Below are positions 1-11,205 of a stretch of DNA of 64,000 nucleotides, in pieces (positions within the stretch are counted from its first letter, which is position 1; each line of letters starts with the position of its first letter). The stretch covers positions 121,458,001 through 121,522,000 of the forward strand of contig OX597820.1 of assembly GCA_951406725.2 (NCBI GenBank). Direction: 5' to 3'. The position numbers were made by a program, and so were the translations under genes. Under the pieces are notes generated by a model. The model was given only the letters and a program-made list of their open reading frames with translations, did not search any database and was not told where the DNA came from. The stretch comes from Octopus vulgaris. Taxonomy: Eukaryota.

Positions 1-2
1 CC

Positions 3-941
3 TTAGATCTTAATAATAATATTTATAAGCCTTATAGGAAGCCCAATGATAGACTAAGTTATATTAATGTAGGTTCATGCCATCCCCTATAGTATTCAAA
101 AATTTAGTTAAAAATATTAGTAAGAGGATTTCTAGCCTCTCATCTAATGAGGACATCTTCAATAGCGTTGCCCCAGTTTATAATAAAGCTTTAAAAGATA
201 GTGGTTTTAGCGAAAAATAAAATATACACCTATCACCAGCCCAACAATAAGGAAAAGGAATAATAGAAACAGGAAGGTCATCTGGTTTACGCCCCTTACT
301 CACCCGAGGTGGCCTTCAATATAGGTAAATATTTCCTAGCACTGATAGATAGACATTTTCCAGTTAACCATGCTTATAGGAAACTCTTCAATAGACACAA
401 TTTAAAAATTAGTTTTAGTTCAACTACCAATTTTAAAAACATAATCAATCATAACATACAAAAAACACAAGAAGAAAACAGCTGTTCATGCAGGAATAAA
501 GAATTGTGCCCGCTAAATGGAGCTTGCATGTCCAAGACCATCATATATGAAGCTACCGTAAACTCTATAACCACTAAAGACACCATTTCGACGAAGAAAT
601 ACGTGGGCCTGACAGAGGGTAATTTCAAGGCCAGGTTCAATAACCACACTTTGAGCTTTAGGCACTGGAACAAAAGAAAAGCGACACAATTATCCAATCA
701 TATTTGGTCTTTAAGAGATAAAGGTGTCGATTATAACATACAATGGAAGATTTTGGCCAGATGTAAGCCCTATACTAACGGCAGCGGAAGGTGCGGTTTA
801 TGCGACATGGAGAGATGGCTTATCTGGAAAAGCAGCTTAGACCCTACCACATGTCTAAATACAAGGACAGAGCTTTTCGGATCATGCCCACATGTGACTA
901 AATTTCTGTTACGTTTTTGGTCCCCTAAAGAAAACGGATAG
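3..941 (+). pseudogene. Penelope-like ORF C-terminus (RT thumb + GIY-YIG endonuclease) with three single-base frameshifts
   Basis: Adding one base in each of three homopolymers (C4 at ~84-87, A5 at ~213-217, C4 at ~292-295) gives one continuous frame from nt 3 into ORF 309-941. Confidence 0.85.
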
Positions 942-1130
942 AACATGCTTTCTGTGTTATGTCCCAAGAAGATTTTATATATTTTTATATATTTTTATAT
1001 ATTTTTATGTATTTTTATATAATTTTTATGACGAAAAATGCGAGCGATGTATAAGTACGCAGGCAAAGCAGAGTTATAACAGAGTAATTTCCCTTCATTT
1101 TTAACGGTATTTTTTCATAACGTTTTCAAA

Positions 1131-1204
1131 TAGCCAGATAACCGAAGAGATGGTGTTGTGGATTTCCACTTCGGCATCTGAAACTCAGAGTTTTATCTTG
1201 ACTA
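1131..1204 (+). ncRNA. Type I hammerhead ribozyme-like motif (variant core) in the Penelope 3' repeat
   Basis: Stem I AGATAA/TTATCT; core CCGAAGA (1142-1148; canonical CUGANGA); stem II GATG..GTGG-ATTT-CCAC..CATC; GAAA 1180-1183; palindromic stem III ACTC-A-GAGT; GUU cleavage triplet. Deviations are U4>C and an extra U before GAAA. Confidence 0.6.
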
Positions 1205-1321
1205 CCGAGTAATGTAACATATCGTATAGATAAATTTCCTCTATTTACATAATATTGAGGTCTCTTTCTTTCTTTTGTTATCTTACCGTTTTATCAATAT
1301 ATATATATATATATATATGTA

Positions 1322-1732
1322 TACTCCTTACTCTTTACTCTTTTACTTGTTTCAGTCATTTTGACTGCGCCATGCTGGAGCACCGCCTTTAGTCGAGCAA
1401 ATCGATCCCTGTACTTATTCTTCGTAAGCCCAGTACTTATTCTATCGGTCTCTTTTGCCGAACCGCTAAGTGACGGGGACGTAAACACACCAGCATCGGT
1501 TGTCAAGCAATGCTTGAGGGACAAGCACAGACACACAAACATATAGACACACATACATATATACATATATACGACAGGCTTCTTTCAGTTTCCGTCTACC
1601 AAATCCACTCACAAGGCATTGGTCGGCCCGAGGCTATAGCAGAAGACACTTGCCCAAGATGCCACATACTGGGACTGAACCCGGAACCATGGGGTTGGTT
1701 AGCAAGCTACTTACCACACAGCTACTCCTGCG

Positions 1733-1735
<3 letters not shown>
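1322..1735 (-). mobile_element. tRNA-derived SINE, family A, full length
   Basis: Minus-strand head AGGCGCAGGAGTAGCTGTGTGGTAAG...GGTTCAGTCCC (A/B boxes), internal (CA)/(TA) microsatellite, (AGAGTAA)-type tail; near-identical copies at 10112, 18961, 35287, 38525. Confidence 0.9.
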
Positions 1736-1779
<44 letters not shown>

Positions 1780-2220
1780 TAATGTATATATATATATATG
1801 TATTAATGTATGTATATATATATATATTCATTTACTTCTTTATATATATATATACTTACATACATACATGCATACAATCATACATACATACATACACACA
1901 CACACACATTTATTTAAGTATTTAAAATCACTTTGGCGACGGATACCGTAACTTGAAACCTAAAGTGTTTGTGGTCTCTATCCATTTGGCCTATATTTCA
2001 TTGTTTCTAGTGCAAGACACTTGTGTTGGAGAACAACACTTCATATATAAAATTCCATATGCCTGTTGTAGCAACATTTTTTTCTAGCGGAAGTAAAGAC
2101 TCCATGTTTATTAACTACAAACAGACGGCAGACTTTTCACCAAGGAACCACACATGTTTGAGACAATGAAATGCTGTCACTTCCGTATTTTCCCTGTTCG
2201 TGAGGGCACAAAACTGTACT

Positions 2221-2239
2221 ATATCTATCTATCTCTCCG

Positions 2240-2316
<77 letters not shown>

Positions 2317-2398
2317 TTATCTATTCTGTGTTTATGTGCGTACGCCCATATGTGCTCAAACATGCATATATAGACGCATATATTATAATATGTATGTA

Positions 2399-2471
<73 letters not shown>

Positions 2472-2481
2472 GTGTATATGT

Positions 2482-2516
<35 letters not shown>

Positions 2517-2534
2517 TATATATGCATATATACA

Positions 2535-2608
<74 letters not shown>

Positions 2609-2616
2609 TGTATGTA
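2221..2616. repeat. Compound microsatellite (TATC)n/(TA)n/(TATG)n
   Basis: Directly visible. Confidence 0.95.
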
Positions 2617-2777
2617 TAAGCGTTCAGCCATAATAGAACAAGTTTGCGTTAGGCTGTTGACTCTTACATTTTAGAATATATGTGAGAGAATTTTTTTCTC
2701 TTTTTTTTCTTCCTCTGGTTTATCTGGAACACATTTTACGCAGCAGATTTGGTGCTGTTATCGGTTTAGACACCGAC

Positions 2778-2821
2778 CTGGCTCTCATGGCTCAGCGAAT
2801 CATGTTCTCGGTTCTTAGATT
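2778..2821 (-). CDS. Candidate 44-nt internal exon, (E)SKNREHDSLSHESQ
   Basis: Minus strand: tgtttcAG | 44 nt | CAG/GTCGGT. Only the phase-1 frame is open. No homology recognised. Confidence 0.25.
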
Positions 2822-2840
2822 CTGAAACATACTCTCCCCT

Positions 2841-2880
<40 letters not shown>

Positions 2881-3142
2881 ACACACACGCACAGGCTCAC
2901 GCATGGACGCGAGTGCGCGCTGACAATCGCATGCGCACAAACTTTGCACATCACGCATGCGCTCACGCATAGTTGTTCATGTTGTAGTTATTGTTGCTAT
3001 TGTTGTTGCTGTCCCTATTATTCATAGTGTGCCCGAATCTGTTATTTTCGGAATCCATGTCCTCAACACAAGGTCACAGCCACTTTCCTCAGATATCGAG
3101 GACCTACTTTACAATCCTTACTGTTCCCATTAGAGAATGCTG

Positions 3143-3479
3143 AGACCCACTTCGGTGATGAATGACCATGGGATTGCACCTAGAAAGTTACCCTCCCAGG
3201 CACACATCCGTGAAAATTTGTTTCTGGAAGACCTACAGTCGCCCGTCCATACCACCCTCCCCTCTCCATACCATTGATGTTATCCAAGGGAAAAGCAAAG
3301 GGGCTGATACAGCTTGGCACCAGTGGTGTCGCAATTCATTTCTACAGCAGAGTGAACTGGAGCAACGTGAAATAAAGTGTCTTGCTCAAGAACACAACGC
3401 GCAGCCCGCTCCGTGATTCAAACTCACAACCTCACGATCGTAAACTCAACGCTTTAACCACTGAGCCATGCACCTTCAC
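3143..3479 (-). mobile_element. tRNA-derived SINE with CORE-like central domain
   Basis: Minus-strand head TGGCTCAGTGGTTAAAGCG...GAGTTTGAATC followed by GTGTTCTTGAGCAAGACACTTTATTTCACGTTGCTCCAG, also present in the copy at 19538-19825. Confidence 0.8.
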
Positions 3480-3799
3480 ATCCACTAGTGTAGATTTCTA
3501 AATTAATGCAACTCTCGTAGTTGCACCAATCTCAATCAGAGATCTGTTAAGTTTGTCGGAAACCTTCCCTGGGCTACCTTGAAATTCCCGCTAACGCAGT
3601 CTTAAGGCCAGAACCAATACAACTCCGTCTGTTTATAAAATAAATCCCATTCGTTGATGTAGCTGTGGGCCCTTGCTTCAGCGTTTCTTCGTTGGTTTGC
3701 CTTCGGTTTTATCGCCTCGGTTTTCCTGTTTCTTCTATTGGTTGGCGAGTGGGCGGGGTTTTAATCTAATTTTGTTGCTTTATATTTATTCTTGTTTTT

Positions 3800-3989
3800 T
3801 TCTTTTACTTGTTTCAGTCATTTGACTGCGGCAATGCTGGAGCACCGCCTTTAGTCGAGCAAATCGACCCCGGGACATATTATTTGTAAGCCTAGTACCT
3901 ATTCTATCGGTCTCTTTTGCCGAACCGCTAAGTTACGGTGACGTAAATGCACCATCATCGGCAGCCAAGCGATGTTGGAGGAGGGACAA

Positions 3990-4069
<80 letters not shown>

Positions 4070-4221
4070 ATATATATATACAACGAACTCCTTTCAGTTT
4101 CTGTATACCAAATCCACTCACATGGCTGTGGTAGGCCCGAGGCTATAGTAGAAGACACTCGCCCAAGGTGATGTGCAGTGGGACTGAACCCGGAACCATG
4201 AGGTTGGGAAGCAAGCTACTT
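3800..4221 (-). mobile_element. SINE family A, body; head interrupted by a LINE insertion (remainder at 8116-8153)
   Basis: Matches family A up to ...GCAAGCTACTT, then resumes at 8116. Confidence 0.9.
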
Positions 4222-4474
4222 TATTTCGTAAATATTTGCCACGAAGGCATTACAAAGAGGGGACGAACAAGGACAGACAAACATAAAAGGGTGAACTAGC
4301 TGTAGCGATTAAATATTTACAATTTAAAAATACCATACTTTAATAAATATGTTCATAACTTTTGACTTAAGCGTTGCTCATTACAAATGAAATTTGTAAT
4401 GGCTTCCTCTGAAGGATAGGCATCCGACCACCAGGGTAGACCCCTGCTTTTTCTTCCCAGTTTTTGGCTTCCAC

Positions 4475-6473
4475 TTACCTGGTGCCAAACACTCCCAGCT
4501 TCCTGGCTACAGGCTTCCATCTTCTCATGAATCTGCCTCGTGACAGGTACCTTTTCTCCAGTCTGATCTTATTACTGAGGTGGTAACTAATAAAGTTAAC
4601 AACCCCTGGCCGGATATAAAGGTACCCGACACTATGCCTCTCACACGCGTCTTCCATATTGTTTCCTTCAGTATGGCTACTACGAAGAAAAAGCAAGCCT
4701 TCCTTTCCCTGTTAAGGGCAGGAGGCGGCACAATCTCGATGATAGATTCAGCTGATAGCTGTACTCTTCCCATCGATGACGACAGTTTGCTCTGCGAAAA
4801 CTATCAGTCTCGTTAATTCCGGACACTCCACAAATGCGTGCAAGACGGTTTCCCTGTCCTGCCCGCACCTCGGACATGTCGGCGAAACGGCAGTTCCATG
4901 CCTTGACAGTTTATCACGAACAGGTAACGCCGGACGGAAGCACTGCCGAGCCAGGGATTTCTGGTAATTTTCCAGATACCCCGACCCGAAATTTCTCCGG
5001 AACAGGTTGATTAACTGATTTTCATCGTAGCCCAGGGTCCCCCCAAGGAGTCTTCGGAATTAACCGCCACTAACCCACTATAGAAATCCGCGGTGGAACT
5101 CTTGTTGCCGGCATTGCCTGCCCGAGAGAGTAGCTGAAGTGCCTGGCGGCACTCCAACTGCCGGTCCCCGACCCTATGTTTCTGATTGATCCAATTACCA
5201 TCTCTGCACCCCTCATGTTTGGCTTTTAGGTGACGGTCCAAGGCCGTTCTCGCTGCCAAAATGTGAGATGCAGAGCCCAACCTCAACGCCTCCTCTTGGT
5301 CCTTAACTAGTTGCCCTTCTATTCTGGCCTTATCTAGTTTTAACTGACGGCTAAACCTAATAGACTCAAAACGAATGGCTCTCTTCAAGGCGAACCACCA
5401 TCTGTTATTAACCACCGTGCCGATTAACGCCCTCTGTGCTAAATACTGAATCCGGCTACGGTATGCCACGCAAGTCAAAATAGACTTGTTCAGCTTCCAG
5501 TAGCCGAACCCTCTCTTAACTGTACTATCTATGTCCAGTCTACACTTAACCATTCTATGGTCAGTGTATGCTACTTGGACAAGCTGTGGACAGCTAAAAC
5601 TAGACTTATCTCCAGTTCTTATCACTATCCTATCTAAATAGAACTTGAACCTTCCGTCGCCACTCATCCCGGTCCAATCTGGGACGTTCGGATGGCCAAG
5701 TCTGTAATGATCTGCCAGCTGAAACCGCTTGAGCAGATCCCCGAGACGTGAGTTTACTTTCCTATAGACCGAGCCAACGCTATCGATGCGCACATCAACA
5801 ATAGCGTATAGTCACCTAACACCACTAATGTCTTCGACGTCATGAGAAAGTTCTCTAGGCGTCGATAAAAATCAGTTTGAAATCCTCTAGCAGAAGGTGC
5901 ATAGATCCCCATCAACCTGAAGGCCTTACTGCTGTATGTCACATCAAGGACGACCAGCCCACCTTTTGGGTCTACATAGACTGTACTTGTCTGCAGAGCC
6001 AAGCCTTTTCGAACCTATTTCTTTATTACCCACATGGGGCTAAACACAGTGAGGACAAACAAGGATAGACATAGGTATTAAGTCGATTACATCGACCCCA
6101 GTGCGTAACTGGTACTTAATTTATCGACCCCGAAAGGATGAAAGGCAAAGTCGACCTCGGCGGAATTTGAACTCACAACGTAACGCAGACGAAATACCGC
6201 TAAGCATTTCGCCCGGCGTGCTAACGTTTCTGCCAGCTCGCCGCCTTTTCGAACCGGTACTACTACACCCGCTCGCCCTCCGGTCCGGCTTGGAGATATG
6301 ATTTTCTCATAGTCATTGAGGAGGGGCGAGAAGGCTCGTAGACTGTCCAGCTTGGTCTCTGTAGCAACCATCACACGCATATCGTGTGATCTGAGGTCGT
6401 CGAAGAAACAAGCTTGCTTCCACTTCGGGCTCAGACCACGCACATTCAAACACCCAAGTTTAAGTGCAGTCAT
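4475..6473 (-). pseudogene. LINE ORF2 relic (APE endonuclease joined to C-terminal region; no RT)
   Basis: ORF pieces 6087-6473, 5754-6002, 5011-5793, 4475-4877. After ..AKHEGC (~5205) the translation jumps to C-terminal-type sequence with no RT motifs. Confidence 0.8.
6016..6242 (-). mobile_element. tRNA-derived SINE, family B, inserted in LINE ORF2
   Basis: Perfect 13-bp TSD GGTTCGAAAAGGC (6003-6015 and 6243-6255). Removing it restores ..VPVRKG-LALQTS... Has B-box GAGTTCAAATTCC and central GTCGACTTTGCCTTTCATCCTTTCGGGGTCGATAAA. Confidence 0.9.
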
Positions 6474-7474
6474 TTAAAGCAAAAGAAAAGCAAAGGTTCT
6501 GCTTACTCTTTGACTTTTTCCTTTATTGGTGATGCTGGGACTTTCCTCTCCTCCTGCTCCTTCAAAAACTCCTTCAAATACCGCGGAAGGTCCGGGATGT
6601 TCGTGATGGTCCTCGGATGCCTACCCTGCATTTCATTATACAAGTTTTCGTATATCCAGGCACATCTTTCTTCCGTGCATTCGGGCTGCTGCAACAGCTC
6701 CACGGTGTGGTGCTTTTTTAAAATGTCCGTAATATATTTATCCCTGGTATCAAACTTTACCAGGGTTTTTGTTCCATCTTTGTTCTTTTTTATTTTCTCT
6801 TCTGGGACAGTCGAGCGGGATTTTTTTCTCTGTGGTATGATGTTTTTCTTCTTTTTTTCTTTGTGGGGGACATGGATGGGGAAGGTGCATGTGTTCTCTT
6901 TTTTCTGGGTATCTAGAACTCCCGCTCGGTCACCTCCATGGTGTCTTCCAGAGGAGTTGTTATTTCAGAGGGGGTGGGTGCATTTGTCTCTGTCGTGACC
7001 GGTGTGTACATGGCTTGGGGTTTTTGGGTGTTTTGTTTGGGAGCGGGTGCCACAGATGGTGGGGTAGGAGTATTTATTTCTGTGGGGGCTAATTTGTGTG
7101 CGGGTTTGGGGTCTTTTCTGTAGTTTAAGGGCCTGATGTCTGCGCACTTCTTTTCTTTTTTTTTTTTTTTTTCAATATTTCACATTCTACGCGAATGTGG
7201 CCTTATTTGCCACATTCGAAACACGTGGGCTTTTTCTAAACGACTGTCCTTCTCTTCATATTTTCAGCACTAGGGGAGAGTGAGATCTTTATACCCCCAC
7301 ACTCCTCTTTCATTCTCTCAAAAAGCTCAGAGAGCTTCTCCGTTTCTATTATAATATTTTCAGAAGTTACAGCGGCTACAGCCGCGAACTTTTTTACTGG
7401 CTCATGCAGCTGGTTCGTTTCTTGGATCATTTTGACCGACATATTCGTTCGAAATAAATGATACACAATTTAAT

Positions 7475-7890
7475 CCCAGAAAAAGGGAAACCTATAATTT
7501 TAAACATTTTTTTTCTCTTAACGAGGACAACAGTTCAAATCCCTCCCCTGCTGAGGGGCGAGACGTAGCAACAAAGTCTACAACGTTCGAAATTAATTTT
7601 TGTTCCACCCAATAATAAAATATAGAATCCAAACATACGGGAAGCCTATAATATTTTTTCTTTTTTCCTCACAACGAGGACAACAGTTCAAATCTCGCCC
7701 ACGCTATTGGCGGATGCCACAATAGACCCTACAACGGCTAAAATTTAGTTTTTCTCGCAATAATAAATTGCTTATCCCAAAAAACGGGAAACCTATAATA
7801 TTTTTTCTTCTTAATGAGGATAACAGTTCAAATGCCACCCCCATTGGGTGGGTGGGGGGAACGACAAGAAAGCCTACAACGGCTTTAATA
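7475..7890 (-). repeat. Three diverged ~150-bp tandem units in the LINE 5' UTR
   Basis: Units start at ~7475, ~7629 and ~7776, each with GGGAA(A/G)CCTATAAT..AA(C/T)GAGGA(C/T)AACAGTTCAAAT..CTACAACG. Confidence 0.8.
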
Positions 7891-8115
7891 AGTTCAATAT
7901 TAATAATATTAATAAGTTCAATATTGATAATTTCAGTGTTTCAACAATTACTTTCTTCCGTCACCGGGAAAAAGCACAAAAACTTTCAAAGTTCAACAAT
8001 GTTTAACATTTTGAAAATATTCAACAATAGCCAACAATTCCAATCGAAAAAATTATCCAACGTTCAACAAAACGTTTGACTCACCGCCGAAAAATACACG
8101 TTTTTCCACGACAGA

Positions 8116-8153
8116 GGTAAGCGAGCAACTTACCACACAGCCATTCCTGCTCC
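8116..8153 (-). mobile_element. 5' tip of the split family A SINE (includes the TSD copy)
   Basis: GGTAAGCGAGCAACTTACCACACAGCCATTCCTGCTCCT matches the SINE-A 5' end. Confidence 0.85.
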
Positions 8154-9041
8154 TATATTTGTATAATTACTTAATTTCTCTGATAATGTAATGAAAGCTA
8201 TTTGTTTATTTTGTTGAAATTTATTTTAAGATGCATCCTATTTTGTTTGTCGATATTTATTGTTTAGTGGGATGGATTCGTGGGCGAGAATTCTGCCATA
8301 TAAGTGTTTTTGTACATGGGAATACATGTTTTCCATGAGTTTATGAATCTGTATGCCAACTCGTAGGTCTGTATATTTATTTAGTTGTGGAGGCTGATAC
8401 TTAAGTGTTTCGGGTGTTACACTAAAGATTGTAAAACTATAGTTTCAGTTCCTGGACTCGTTGAGTGATTGTGTTCTTGAAAAAAACATTTCATTGCATC
8501 CCGTTTCTGTCCATTTAACAGGCCAAAATGAGTTAATCCGACGAGGGTCCGGCGTCTCGACCATTTAGGTGGAATATAAACACCACAGAATCCGAAAAAG
8601 TAGCGGGCTTGCGAGCCCGTCTCGGGAAGGACCTGTGATCCTGTTCGTTTGCATCTGTATACATATAGACTCATATATTTTATATCTATGCTTATTCACA
8701 TACGAAGTGGGGCATGTTTGAATATTTATGCTTATATACATCGGTGTGTGCGTGAGACCGTATATTTTTGAAGATTTCTGGGAGAAGTCAATCTTAAGAA
8801 TTCATCCAAAACATTTATTAAGAGACCTTGCTGTTTTTTTTTCTTTTCATTCGCCACGTTTCATTCCTAAATATAGAGGTAAAAGTACGAAACATCGAAG
8901 CATCATCTTATAACAGTAATTACAGCAGGATGCACACAGCTGATTGCAGTCGGACTCAAACTTGGCTCTTTGAATCAATTTTCACTTTCGCTTTGGTGGC
9001 TTATTCGATTAAATGCGTAAATACACACACACACACGCACG

Positions 9042-9115
<74 letters not shown>

Positions 9116-9453
9116 TACCCACGCACGCACACTATACAAATATATATAATTTTGTTTCACGCACCTTAGCATCTAATTTGAAGACTTTATGGAGAGATAT
9201 GAACGGATACGTCTGCAAGGTAGAAAACATGACATCAACATGCATACAAAGTCACAAACATCTAGACGCTCTTCAGTACAAAAACAAAACCCTCACCACC
9301 ACCATCACCACCACCAATACTATGAACATCACCAACATCCTCACCATTACCATTATCATCACCATCAACTCCACCACCATCACAACTACCACCACCGCAA
9401 CCATCGGCTCCTCTTTTAACCAACAAAAAGCTTTAACAACCAACCCAACTTAC

Positions 9454-9584
9454 AGCTGTCTCTTAGGAAATAGCATCTCACTGGTTGCCATTGCCAGAGA
9501 TTGGAGGGTTCGCTCTAATTCCCGTCGGCAGCGGGGGTTGGGCGGACACACAGAGGAGGGTCCTCCTGCCTCCTCACACAACAT
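9454..9584 (-). CDS. Candidate first coding exon: MLCEEAGGPSSVCPPNPRCRRELERTLQSLAMATSEMLFPKRQ(L)
   Basis: GC-rich unique island; ATG at 9584 preceded by an in-frame TAA; only this frame is open; ends at a consensus donor GTAAGT (9453-9448), phase 2. Protein not recognised. Confidence 0.4.
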
Positions 9585-10111
9585 GATAATATCTTACAAC
9601 GTCATGGCTCCACACACATATATATTTATCTGTCATCAATGTTTCACTATACAACTGCTTATCATTTATCTCCATGACATGTGCATTATACGCCTCTACA
9701 TGCACGCCAGTGCGTGAGTACGTGTGAGTCTGTGCGTGTGTGTGTGAAGTGAGAGAGAAGTGTGTGTGTGTGTGTGTCTGTATGTATTTATGAAGACATG
9801 CTTAAAAACAGCAGAGTGAGCCGGTGTGAAGGTGGAGCGCGGTTTAAACCGTGACAATTCAAACAAACAAAGAAAAACATCTTCTTTCGTATGACAGGAC
9901 GTGGTATACGTTTAGATACAATGAGTGCGTGTGTATGCGAGGCTTATCTTAATGTATATGTTCATATGCGCTTGTTAATGCGTGTATGTGTGTGTACGTT
10001 GTGTGTGAGCACGTGCGCGCTTAAATAGACATCCTTATATGCAAAACTATACATGATTGTGTGTGTGTGTGTGCGTATATTTTATCACTGCGTTGGATTA
10101 ATGTGTATATA

Positions 10112-10534
10112 TACTCTTTTACTCTCTCTTTTACTCTTTTACTAGTTTCAGTCATTTGACTGCGGCCATGGGGGAGCACCGCCTTTAATCGAGCAACTCG
10201 ACCCCGGGACTTATTCTTTTGTAAGCCTAGTACTTATTCTATCAGTCTCTTTTGCCAAACCGCTAAGTAACGTGGACATAAACACACCAGCATCGGTTGT
10301 CAAGCAATGCTAGGGGGACAAACACAGACACACAAACACACACACGCATATATATATATATACATACATACGACGGGCTTCTTTCAGTTTCCGTCTACCA
10401 AATCCACTCACAAGGCTTAGGTCAGCTCGAGGCTATAGTAGAAGAAACTTGCCCAAGATGCCACGCAGTGGGACTGAACCCGGAACCATGTGGTTGGTAA
10501 GCAAGCTACTTACCACACAGCCATTCCTGCGCCT
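10112..10534 (-). mobile_element. SINE family A, full length
   Basis: Colinear with 1322-1735. Confidence 0.9.
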
Positions 10535-11205
10535 ATGTATCTCTGCATTTATTAACACCTACGCTGCGGAGTGCGCTCATCCGCATGTATGTGTGCCTGT
10601 ATATGTGTGTGTGTATATGTGGGTGTGCTAGGTTTTTATGTCAATGAATAAATATTTTGCGACCTTATTTGATATAGCATATATGGAGGTACATATGGAG
10701 GTACATATGGATGCATATGTAAATATATATAAACATAAGAAATGTTGTTTAATGTACATTTCAATGTGTTAAATGCGAGTGCGCCGATATGGTTGTACTT
10801 ATATTTCGATGTTGTGCTTTGCTCTGCGTGTGGCATATTCTTGTGTGTGTGTGTGTGTTGGTGTGTATAATTATTATAAAATCCACGAACCTTGTGGAAT
10901 ACAGCTAACCATGATGTCTTGGTCGTAATATTAATTTATGTCACCATGTATCAAGTTGTTAGAGGCAACCAGACGGCTTCTAAACTGGGTTTGATGCAGT
11001 TGACGTTTGAAAGAGAATGCGCATTTAGAAAAAGACAGAGAGAAAAACACGGGGCAGATAATCAACACTACAGAAAACACAGCTAATGTCTTACGGATAT
11101 CAAAATTACAAGGACCAGAGTGGAACGGCTTATGATGGGCCCAGTATTCTATCTTTAATTGCCGCTAAGAAGCATTTTTCAAAATGCAAACATAAAGAAA
11201 AGAGC

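Larger units (their letters stand above)
1..1295 (+). mobile_element. Penelope-like retroelement (3' part: RT thumb, linker, GIY-YIG endonuclease, 3' pLTR/UTR), cut by window start, ending at a (TA)n tract
   Basis: Conceptual translation from nt 3 gives LDL..YKPYRKPND..YINVGSCHP and RKVIWFTPPYS. ORF 309-941 has a CSCR..CPLNGAC linker, IIYEA...KYVGLTE..FKARFNNH (GIY-YIG-like) and a terminal CGLC..E..LN...CPH motif. A hammerhead-like motif follows. Confidence 0.9.
4222..8115 (-). mobile_element. Tx1/L1-clade non-LTR retrotransposon, both ends retained, RT domain internally deleted
   Basis: APE endonuclease start MTALKLGCLNVRGL..ATETKL, GIYAPS, VVLGD, LDRI, TDHR, GYWKLN; C-terminal ALPV..TCPRCG..ETVLHAFVEC zinc knuckle; degenerate ORF1 at ~6500-7470; 16-bp TSD 4206-4221 / 8116-8131 (13/16 identical). 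Confidence 0.85.

Noticed and set aside
3580-3760. Promoter-like cluster (TTCCCGC, ATTGG, GGGCGGGG)
   Set aside because: Short motifs that can arise by chance; no linked transcript evidence.
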